DNA of 55,595 nucleotides, filler included, from Jimgerdemannia flammicorona (taxonomy: Eukaryota): the NCBI GenBank assembly GCA_003990765.1. It is 2 parts of 2 records of this genome, joined end to end, with 100 filler letters (N's around TTAATTAATTAA, not from the genome) between each part and the next. Parts side by side here need not be neighbours in the genome. Positions count along the whole stretch, not along the records: positions 1 to 27,754 come from RBNJ01000608.1; positions 27,855 to 55,595 come from RBNJ01000609.1. One strand, 5' to 3'. The notes beneath the pieces are model-generated. The model saw only the letters and a program-made list of their open reading frames with translations, ran no database searches and had not been told where the DNA came from. How positions within the stretch are numbered: position 1 is the first letter of the stretch; every line of letters begins with the position of its first letter. Positions 25,875-35,582 of the stretch are shown here, piece after piece. The position numbers were made by a program, and so were the translations under genes.

Positions 25875-26850
25875 CTTGGGACATTTAGTTGCAATGTGAC
25901 CAGGCTGATGACAAAAGAAGCAGGCTCCAGTCTTCTTGAGGTGCTGGTGTAAGCTTGCCTTTCTTGTTCTTATTGATAGTATCTAGGTCTGTGGGGGCAG
26001 GTCCAACAGTTCTGACTTTGGGTTCCTCCCTTTTATAGTAGTTGTTGAAAGGCAGTCTCTTCTGTTCAAAGTAGTGATCATAGATAATGACATCAAATCT
26101 ATCAGCAATTTTCATTGCTGTATCTAGATCCTTGGGTTCTTCTAGTTTGACATAAACTCAGGTTTGACCTTTCAGGCCTTAAATGTACTTGTCGACCTTC
26201 TCATCTTTAGTGATATGTGGTAATTCTAGTAAGATTGATAGGAATTATGCATTGTATATTTGTACAGACTTGAGTTGTTTGACATTTGCCAGACAGTCTT
26301 GCATGGTCTTGGTGCTATTGACTGGTTTGAATTGATCTTGAATGGCATCAGAGAAATCATTCCAGGTCCTGATTCAGCCAGAGAATCTGGTATTCTGAAC
26401 ATGGTTTTGCTACCAAATTGCAGCATTCTCTCAGAGGAGTGTGGCAGTGAATTGGACTAGTGTTGCTTCTTCCAAATTGGTCAGTTCTCCATATTGCTTC
26501 AATTGGAAAAGCCAGGTATCAGTAGATAGTCTTTCTCTTTGACCATCAAAGGTGTCAGGCTTCTGAGGCTTGATAGTTACTGCTGTTGGATATATTGATA
26601 TCAGTGGAGGTGTGGAGGTATGAGCAGGGGCCTTGCTTTCCTTTCTTTCTATGTACTCTTGAAGTTGAGCAATCTGAGCTAATGTGGTCTACAAAAGACT
26701 CTCAATGGCCCCATTTGACTGAGTAGAGTTTTGTTGTTCCTCTTCTTCTTGCTGATTGTATGAGGCATTGTCTGGACTATAGATACTGTATGAAGGGTTC
26801 TACCCATTGTCCTCTATAGTATTGTGACTGATATCTTGAGAGGTGTCTTG
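25875..26850 (-). pseudogene. gag: Element A gag
   Basis: KPDTFDG...WLFQL capsid start; PTDLD; zinc knuckle CFFCHQPGHIATKC. Confidence 0.88.
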
Positions 26851-26885
26851 ATAAGACTAGGTGTAACTTAACTGCTACTACCAAG

Positions 26886-27289
26886 TGTAATGGTTCTAGT
26901 TTCTAAATGAGGAAGCAACTAGTTCTGGTGATTTTAAGTAACTTAAAGAGATACTTAAGGATTTAAGTATTCTCAAAGGATTTTTGAGAGAAAATATTCT
27001 GAGACTTTATTTATGAAAACAAAGGGGATATTTATACAAGATCTGAAAGAAGGATCTAGAAGGATCTGAGAAATCAAAGGAAAATACCAAGAAGAAAGTT
27101 CTTGGCCAAGATGACGAATGATGACAAATAAAGTTCTATAAGTTTCCAGAACATTCAGTGACTAGCTAAATAAGTACTAGAGGATGCTCAGTACCAAGAA
27201 AGGATTTTTAAGCATTCAGAAAGTACTGGAAGGTCATAGAATATTGAGGAAAGATAAAGAAAAGAAATAAACTATGCTAAAATATTACA
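26886..27289 (-). repeat. 5' LTR of element A (404 bp)
   Basis: TGTAA...TTACA; preceded by decayed PBS CTACTACCAAG; followed by TSD GAAGC. Confidence 0.95.
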
Positions 27290-27754
27290 GAAGCCTACTC
27301 TGTCAAAGACTTTGAAAAAGAAAACAATAGTAAAGACTACAGTAATCTAGATATATATCCAATCAAAGTTATTTCTAAGAAAATAGTCTATCTAGCTGAG
27401 AAAAAGAAGAGACCAGTAGAAAGGCCATCCAGAAATACCAGCAGAAGAACTATTCAGAAAGAAGATAAAGAAGATGAAAAGGAGCAGATTGAAATACCTC
27501 TCAGATCTTTCTCACCTTTTGTCTCTGAAACAAATGAACTACTACCTGAGGATGAAGAAATGGAGCAGAAAGAACAAGAGCCAACAGTTCTGAACACCAA
27601 GAAAAAGTACACCCCAAAGACCATGTCCAGAGACATCTACAATGAAGTCTGGCAAAAGATTCAAAAAGATAATATAGAAGTCCCTCTTCTGCAGTTCCTA
27701 CAACTGATACCTGCTGGAGTTCAAACAAACTGTTGAGAACCATCAGGTCCAGCA
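27290..27754 (+). pseudogene. gag: Ty3/Gypsy gag C-terminal region, continuing 1-137; possibly the gag of element D
   Basis: LDIYP, RPVERPSR and DIYNEV resemble element C gag LEFYP, KPVGRPKK and YDIYKDL. Confidence 0.6.
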
Positions 27755-27854
27755 NNNNNNNNNNNNNNNNNNNNNNNNNNNNNNNNNNNNNNNNNNNNTT
27801 AATTAATTAANNNNNNNNNNNNNNNNNNNNNNNNNNNNNNNNNNNNNNNNNNNN
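27755..27854. other. Assembly gap with artificial six-frame-stop linker TTAATTAATTAA (27799-27810)
   Basis: 44 N + linker + 44 N. Confidence 0.97.
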
Positions 27855-29030
27855 TTTTTTGTTTTACGGACTCTATGTCCCACAGATTTTTATTGGAAGA
27901 GAACCTAGACTATATAGGCCAAAACCCTCCCCCACCACCCATCAAGCACTGCCCCCCCATTAATCTAGGCTAGCTATTGTCCAGCAGCTTGACCATGCCA
28001 GGCACAGTAGGGCAAAGTAGCCCACACCTCATTCTGCATACCATACTCTCCCTACCACCAGGAGAAACCCAGCCATATGCCAATGACTGAAAGTGCATGC
28101 CCGAGAACCCAACATATGTACAAGGCCACACCCGAGCCAAATAGAATAGCCCCTGCCACCTCAAAGAGAATGATAAGCAAAGAAAAAACCCTCATCAAAG
28201 CACAATATGGTGGGTAGGGCCTAGTTCTCCCAGTTGAGATGAGTAGAGGACTTATACATGAGGCAGGAGGAGACTCCCAATACCCCACTACTCAAGCCTG
28301 TGGTCCTTGATCATGTTGCCATATCAGCTCCTGGTTCTAGTTGAGTGTAGCCAAGATATCTGAAATGGGTAGCCTTGGGCCCCCCGACCCCCCCTGATGA
28401 CTGGGGCCCAACTCCATGAATTGCCAAAAGAAGCTGAGAGTGACACCTACCACCTAACCATACTGCACCAATCAAAAGGCCCCACCAAAGCAGCACCCAC
28501 CCCAGCCCTGATGACTGCCCCCAGTCTGGCACCCTACTGGTTCACCATAATCACCCTTCCTCCTATCTGTGACAGCCATCTCCTCTCCCATCCCAACATC
28601 ACCTGAAAAACAGTCACCTATGCCAGAACCACACTTGCCGGGAAGCTCGCCAAAGCCAAAGGGCCCCACTATAGGCACCGAGGACCTGCAGATAACCTAC
28701 ACTGAGCACTTGATGCCCAAGGTCGGCTAACTCCCTATGTAGCCCAAGACACACCAAGACAACTCCTTGTTGGTGATGGCAAAAGGAAGAAGGTGCCATA
28801 CCAAAATGGGTACACCCCAGACACAGCTGAAGGCATCAGAATCCACGAAAAAGTGGAGGAAGCACTGATCCGACACTGATAAAGGGGCAACTCATCACCA
28901 TTGCCCTCCTCCCACCATGTCCCTACAGGCACAGCAAACCAACCCGAGGTAGAGGGGGTAATATTAGGGGAAAGGGGACTCGGAAGATTGCCTATCAAAC
29001 CTTGTGACTGGTAAGGTAGTGGAGAAAGGG
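27855..29030 (-). mobile_element. Probable 5'-truncated LINE of a second family
   Basis: T-run then GGACTCTAT...TTTATT, like the 3' end of LINE copies 1 and 2; G/Trp-rich minus strand; no clear RT motif seen. Confidence 0.45.
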
Positions 29031-29997
29031 GTCAGTGAAAAGTCAGCTTTCATCACCCTAGATAGAATCTACATCTACCTACAAATGCCATTTGGAATGT
29101 ATAATGCACCAGCAAGTTTCCAGCAAATGATGAACAAAATCTTCCACTATGATATGGGAAGATGGATGATGGTCTATGTTGATGATGTAATCATCTACAG
29201 CCAGACACCAGAAGAATACCTGCAGCACATCTGGCAGATAATGGAAAGACTGAGAAAGTATGGCCTATACATCAAGCCCAAAAAATGCAAATTTGCAGAA
29301 ATCGAGATCTCCTATCTTGGCCACATTATCAACTGAGATAGAACACACACAGACCCCCTCAAGATACAAGCAGTGGCAGCATACCCAAGACCCACTACTG
29401 TTACAGAAGCCCAAGCCTTCATGGGACTTGACTTCTATTATTACAGATTTATTAGAGGATTTTCTAATATTATGGGACCAATCTATGAACTTAACAAGAA
29501 GGATACCAAGTTCCAGTGGACTGGCAGACAACAAAAAGCATTTGATGAACTCAAGGTCAGACTGACCCAGGCATCCATCCTCAGAAGACCTGACTGGACT
29601 CAAGAATTCATCCTACAGACTGATGCAAGTGCACAAGGACTAAGAGTAGTCCTAGCTCAAAAGAAAGATAAAGTGGAGTATATCATTACATATCTCAGCC
29701 ACAGAACCTGAGGAGCTGAAAAAGAATACAAATCCTACAAGTTGGAATGCCTCGCAGTCATCTGGGCCATAGAAAAGTTCCACTACTACTTGGCTGGAAG
29801 ACACTTCACTATCCAAACGGACCACTCAGCTCTTATCTGGCTACTGACAACTGGACAACTCAAAGGAATCTATGCCAGATAGATAATGAAGTTGCAAGCT
29901 TATGATGTAACTATTGTACACTGCTCTGGAAGAACCAATGCCAATATAGATGCCCTCTCATGGACACTCCAAACTACCTCCAACCAATAAATCAATT

Positions 29998-31191
29998 ATG
30001 AATAAGGAGCTCTACTATGGAATTATCACATACCTGAGACAGCGAAAGATACCCCAACATCTAGAAGAATGGACACAAATGATTATCAACAGAACATGGA
30101 AACAATTCGAAACTGATGAAGAAATACTGAAGAAAGGAAAACTACTAGTCATACCAGAACACAAGAAGGAGCAAGCGATGAAATCAGTATATAAACTTGG
30201 CCATCTAGGAGGAACAAATATATATGACAAGGTAAGAAGAACAATATGATGGCCAGGAATGGAGGAAGATATCAGACAATTTGTCAAGATCTGTGATGAA
30301 TGCCAGAAACAGAAACAAGACCAATGAAATCAAGTCCCAGGATCAGTATACATAGAACCAGTACCATTCGCCCACATTGCAATAGATGTAATTGGCTCTC
30401 TACCCTTAACTTTGACTGACAACCAATACATCATCATCATCATAGACCTTTTTACAAAATGGATAGAAGCAGGACTCCTTATGGAAGCCAATGCACAGTC
30501 AATCGCTGATCTCTTCCACAAAGAAATCATCTGCTGGTTCAAGACCCCAACACAAGTAACTACAGATAGAGGAACAGAATTTGTGAACCAGTTCTTTGAA
30601 GTTCTCTACAAGAAGTACAAGATCCAGTATATTCGGACCACAGCACATCACTCTCAAGGAAATAGACAAGTAGAAAGGACCAACAAAACCCTCAAGAATA
30701 TTATTGCCAAGATCTGTAATAACTACGAGAACTGGGATCACTATCTGCCAATAGCATTATCTGCTCTCCAGAATATCTGATCATAAAGTACCCACTTTAC
30801 TCCTCAAGAAATGCTGTTTGGAGAAGAATGTTCTCAGGGAACCCTATCATCCAATGGAGATGCTGTATAGAAATATGTGGACATGGAAATATGGAGACTA
30901 CACCAAATCAGGAAGAAGGCTGAGGATTATATAACCAAGGTACAGATACTATAATGGAGGAATGCAGAAAAGACCCACAAACCCTTGGAGATTATCAAGA
31001 TAGGAGATAAAGTCCTAGTGTATCAGAATATGGTAGAAGCTTCATGGTCATGAAAACTGGAGCCCAAGTGGGAAGGACCTTACCTTGTGCAAGATATAAA
31101 AGAGACCACCTTTTGGCTACAAAAACCCTTAGGCACAATAATCTCCACCACTATTCACTAAAACTGACTCAAGAAATATCATGGCCAGTAA
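29998..31191 (+). pseudogene. int: Element D integrase as its own ORF (MNKELYYG...LKKYHGQ*)
   Basis: ATG 29998 lies in the +1 frame, upstream of the RNase H stop at 30003-30005; HHCC, DDE and GPY/F motifs. Confidence 0.85.
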
Positions 31192-31657
31192 CAAAAGTAC
31201 TGTAATGGCACTTAAGATCACTAGTGCTGCCCAAAGAGCCATTGAGAGACAATAGTGCACCACCGAGCCTCTGACCATAGAGGAGTCTTATGACAGTATT
31301 CAAAGTATCATGTAGACTCATCTCTCTTAGATCTCACACTTCAAGGCCTATCAGCATTGAAATGAATTCCAAGAGTACTTCAAACTTGGCCAAGTACTCA
31401 ACCAAGACCCAGAAATGACCAAAGAAAATTGAATCGCAGAATGCCAGCTCTCCTATTTCCAGATTACCATTATTAAGAGAATCCATAAGCTATTCTGAGA
31501 GAATGAACCAGCACTAGCCCACCTGCGAGAAGTGACTCCCTCAGACTTTGACTGAGTCAGGCAATACTATTGGGAAACAGTAATGCAATAAATCATACAA
31601 TACAAGACCATACAGACCATTGAAGCCTGGGAGTTTGAATTGATGCTTCAAGGATAA
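31181..31657 (+). pseudogene. Element D ORF3 (~158 aa), homologue of the B and C accessory ORFs
   Basis: MASNKST...EYFKLGQVL...IIKRIHKLF.ENEPALAHLREVTPSDF; single frame with revertible stops; ATG overlaps the end of the integrase ORF. Confidence 0.7.
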
Positions 31658-31679
31658 GATTATCTATTCAGGAGAAAGT

Positions 31680-32139
31680 TGTGATGGTATAGCCAGATTC
31701 AGAAGAAGGAAATAGGGAACAGACACTTAATCACACCCAGTCCCAAAGTAGTATAGCCACATAGTTAGCAGTCCCTGATTTTGCCATTTGCTAAATATTT
31801 CGCAAAGTACAAGATCAAGCTTCTTGATATAGTATAACATTTCACAACTGGCAAAATATTTCACAAAGTGTTAAATGACTCATAACCTAGCCACATAACT
31901 CATCTCATAGCTAGCAAACTTATATAAATAACCCAGTATCTTCGAGTGAATAAACCTCAGATCGAAATAGTTCAAAGCAAAGAGATAGCAAAGGAACTAG
32001 TAAGCCTGCAGGTAGATATACTTCAAACTCACCCACCCTCCTCTACAACTTCAAGAGACTCTGTGAGAGTCAGAATAGTCAAGTTTTTAAGATACAGAAA
32101 TCTGATGTACTTTCAAGAGTAAGCATCTGCTACATTACA
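31680..32139 (+). repeat. 3' LTR of element D
   Basis: TGTGATGG...TTACA after the PPT; reverse-complement homologue at 43808-44265. Confidence 0.88.
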
Positions 32140-32605
32140 ATAACTAATTTGAAATATAACTACTTTGATTATTTGTTTGCAAAACAAATGACCTGTATTA
32201 TACTTAGGACAAATGCTTTAAATTTGTAATCAGAATAAATACTTTAGATATATCTTTCTAAATTATGATTAATACTCAAAGACTCTAAGTATAACTATGA
32301 AATCAATAATCTCTATAGTATAATACTTAGCTGAGACTATTTCTGATCTTATATAAATGACTTAAGATATTCTTACAAAAGTACAATATTACTAGTCTAA
32401 GTATACTAATTAGAAGTAAAGAGAAGTCTCCTATAATATTAGAGACTAGATCATGCTTAAGACAGACTATCTATACCCAGAGATTCTAATATAGTAATTA
32501 TTAAAGAAGCTCTAAGTTAGAAGAATTATACCCTACTAAATTCTGAAAAATTCAGTAAAGTCAACTACAAACTGAAGCTTCTCTATAATATCTATATATA
32601 TATAC
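32140..32605 (+). pseudogene. Very decayed Ty3/Gypsy integrase C-terminal remnant
   Basis: AT-rich; reads EKFSKVNYKLKL near 32545-32580, like the post-GPY/F region. Confidence 0.4.
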
Positions 32606-34138
32606 TATCACATAGTAGTTACTGAGTCCTTCAAATATGCCAGATTCTCTTCAAGGTGTATCTCTTAGACTAACTCAAGTTTGTTATAAGCAAGTTCTTA
32701 TTGGAGTGCCTTCTCAAGGTCTTATAGTCCTCAAACTTCTTATCTTTAACTGTCTTGTTATCTCTTAGATTGCTTGCAAGGAAGTGTGTATAAGTAAACT
32801 TGACTAACTTTATTTCAGAGAAAATAAGAGGAGTATTTATACAAAATATAATTCAATGATTGCTAAGATATAAAGCTAAATATAAATTACAATAACTAAA
32901 ACTACTAAGTTCCAGAGTCGGCACTGATGGTTGTACAGGTTCAGAATACTGGTACATATAATTCAGTATAACAAAGAACTTAGAGCAGAAAGTTCAGGAT
33001 CATGGGGGCTTTATCATCATTATCATTACTGAAGGAGATGAGATTTACAAATTCATTGTCACACAATTCGCATGCTTTGCATATGTCAATGTCACATGGG
33101 ATGATGTCATCGCTGATGACATCATCATGTTTAGCAGAATAAGATCTAGAGCTCTCCAGTCTATGAGGTTCTCTTCCAAAAAATAAAGAACAAATGTGAG
33201 ATCTTGGGGAGGTCTAATCTGGATGCTTGGGCCTTGGAATACTGAGATCAATCCTTGCAGAAATTGGTCTGGGTTGTCCTGAAGGATGAGATACCAGAAG
33301 TCTTCTACTTCATCACTGTTGAGGGTAATAGTGGACTGAGCTTCTGTAGCTACCCTGGCTTCTAGTGCATTGATATGGTGGGATGACAGGTCTCTGAAAT
33401 CTGAGACTCTAACATACTTCAAGTTGGGGATCAACTATGGTGCATACCTGAAGATCTGATGGATCTTCTTAGCTGTTCTTGCCTCATATATATCCATGGG
33501 AGTGGTATCTTGTAGCTCTTGAGGGCTGGCCTGTGGAAACTCCTGGCAGAGGAGGTTTCCTATTTTGTACTCCTGCCACATTTAGAGGCATTTAGTAGCA
33601 ATGGTGATCCTTATTTCTATTTCATAGTGGTAGAGGATAAAGTGATAGGGATCTGCAGTATCCAGGCTAACACTAGGAGTCCTTCTTGAGCAGATCCTCA
33701 TGGCTCTTCTGATGTCTTATAATATCCTTTCTTTGACTGAGATACCCTAGTGGTTCCTTGACCTTGAGGTTTGGCAGGCAGCAGGCATTCTGTTTGTGGT
33801 AAGTCTTTGAGCTATTTTGGGATTGGTGGGTCTTGTTGGTTGCTACTACTGTAGTTCCTTGATCCTTCTTTTATATTCTTCAGAATGCTTGTACTGTGGT
33901 CACAATGACTCACAGTTGGTCATCATTGCTCATCTCATATGCCATATGATCTTCTTGTACTCCAATCTGGTGGCTTGTAAGGAAAGGCTGTCTCCTGTGC
34001 TGATGTCATCATTCTGGGGTCACCATTACATCTTCCAGGATCTTCCTGAGCATCCTTATTCATTGGTCCAGTCTTAAAAAATTTGCTGATCCCATAACCT
34101 CTGACAAGGGGTTGAAAAGTGGTGTTTATAGGCTGACA
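32606..34138 (-). repeat. 3' LTR of element C (1533 bp)
   Basis: Direct repeat of 39711-41201; followed by TCTTCCCTTT (PPT on the minus strand). Confidence 0.9.
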
Positions 34139-34160
34139 TCTTCCCTTTGTATTTTGGCAT
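32980..34160 (-). pseudogene. Element C accessory ORF (~396 aa) starting before the PPT and reading into the 3' LTR
   Basis: One frame from MPKYKGKMSAY to ...ILNFLL*, with only revertible TAA/TAG/TGA stops and one 10-bp deletion relative to the 5' LTR copy. Confidence 0.75.
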
Positions 34161-34376
34161 GATGGTGAAGAGTCACTCCCTTTATATAGAGCAAGGGCCT
34201 GATTCTGATCTTGACCAATCAGTTGATGGTTCGAACTTCTCTGACTTTGAAAGTCTCATGGATGAGTAGTTGTCAGTGCCATATTCCTTAGAGAATGGTC
34301 CAGACAGATAGCCTGCTGGTCATGGGACATGCTGTTATGATTTATGGACTAGAACCTCATGGACAGTCATCACATT

Positions 34377-35582
34377 TTACTTCTCTTGTATAGGTTCATA
34401 GTACTTCTTGAGTCTGTTCCTATGTACTATGGTAGGCAGTATGGTCCCTGAGATTTTTCTAAGCCAGAAGGTGGTTCCTTTGATATCTTGCACATAGAAG
34501 GGTCCTTCCCATTTGGGCTTCAGTTTTCATGACCATGAGACTTCTACCATATTTTGATACAGTAGAACCTTTTCTCCAATTTGGATGGGTTCTAGGGCCT
34601 TGTGATTCTTTTCCACATTCTTCCTTGTCAGCATTTGTGACTTGGTGATGTAATATTCAGCCTCCTTCCTGATTTGGTATAGTCTCCAGATTTCTGCATC
34701 AACTCATCTCCAAGTTAGGTCTAGATTTGTAGCTGAGGTTCCATCAGAATCTTCTTCTCTGAAGAGCAGCTCTCTTAGGGTAAAGTGTGTGCTCTGTGAC
34801 CATATGTCTCATAGGACAGAGAGGGTGGTTGGGAGATAGTTATCCCAATTCTCATATGTCTCTGAGATCTTTGCTAAGATGTTCTTGAGAGTCTTGTTGG
34901 TTTTCTCTGTCTGTCTATTTCCTTGAGGGTGGTATGCAGTGGTCTTGATGTGCTGGATCTTATATTTCTGATATATTATCTTGTGGAATCTATTGACAAA
35001 TTCCATTCTATAGTCTTTTGTAATTTGCTTAGGTGTCTTGTAGTGGTAGATGATTTCTTGGTGCAAGAAGTCAGCTATAGAGAGGGCATTGGCTTCTTGT
35101 AATACTTCTGCCTCTATCCATTTGGTGAAGAGGTCTACAATAACTATAATATAGCAGTTTCCTGATAGTGTTACTAGTAGTGGTCCAATGATATCTATTG
35201 CGATGTGGTGGAAGGGGATAAACTCAATTCTTGATGACCTGGATGCCTGGTCTTGCTGATCTTGTTTCTGTTTTTGGTACTTATTACACCCTTTGACAAA
35301 TTGGCACATATCTTCTTCCATCTTAGGCCACCACATGGTTCTTTTTGCCTTATCATATGTATTGGTTCCTCCTAAGTGTCCTTGCTTGTGTACTTTCTTT
35401 ATTACTTGATACTTCTTATGTTCAGGTATTACTAGCTTTCCTCCTTTTCTGAGTATAGTGTTGTCTAGTTTAAACTATTTCTAAGTCTGGTTGATGATGG
35501 TTATTGTCCAGGGTTCAAGGTGGTTGGGCATCTTCTGCTGCCCAAGATAGCTGATTAATCCATAGTATAGCTCCTTATTCAT
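34377..35582 (-). pseudogene. int: Element C integrase as its own ORF (MNKELYYG...EPIQEK*)
   Basis: ATG 35582-35580 lies just upstream of the RH stop at 35577-35575, in a different frame; GHLGG, IAIDIIGPL, HPQGN, WEGPF. Confidence 0.87.

Larger units (their letters stand above)
138..27289 (-). mobile_element. Ty3/Gypsy chromovirus element A (gag-dUTPase-PR-RT-RH-IN-chromodomain), full length, with nested insertions
   Basis: LTR pair 138-497 and 26886-27289; 5-bp TSD GAAGC at 133-137 and 27290-27294; PPT 498-510; PBS next to the right LTR; domain motifs in Ty3/Gypsy order. Confidence 0.95.
29032..32139 (+). mobile_element. Ty3/Gypsy element D, 3' half: RT-RH, separate integrase ORF, ORF3, PPT, 3' LTR; no chromodomain
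   Basis: SEKSAFIT, MPFGMYNAPASFQ, VYVDD, QTDAS, GHLGG, IAIDVIGSL, TDRGTEF, WEGPY; PPT AGGAGAAAG 31670-31678; LTR 31680-32139. Confidence 0.92.

Noticed and set aside
27799..27810. Palindromic TTAATTAATTAA
   Set aside because: Centred in an N run; artificial contig linker.
31181..31657. ORF3 as an env gene
   Set aside because: Too short, with no signal peptide or transmembrane segment visible.
33817..34077. + strand ORF repeated at 41002-41202
   Set aside because: Repeated only because it lies in the LTR; antisense to the accessory ORF and has a non-ATG start.
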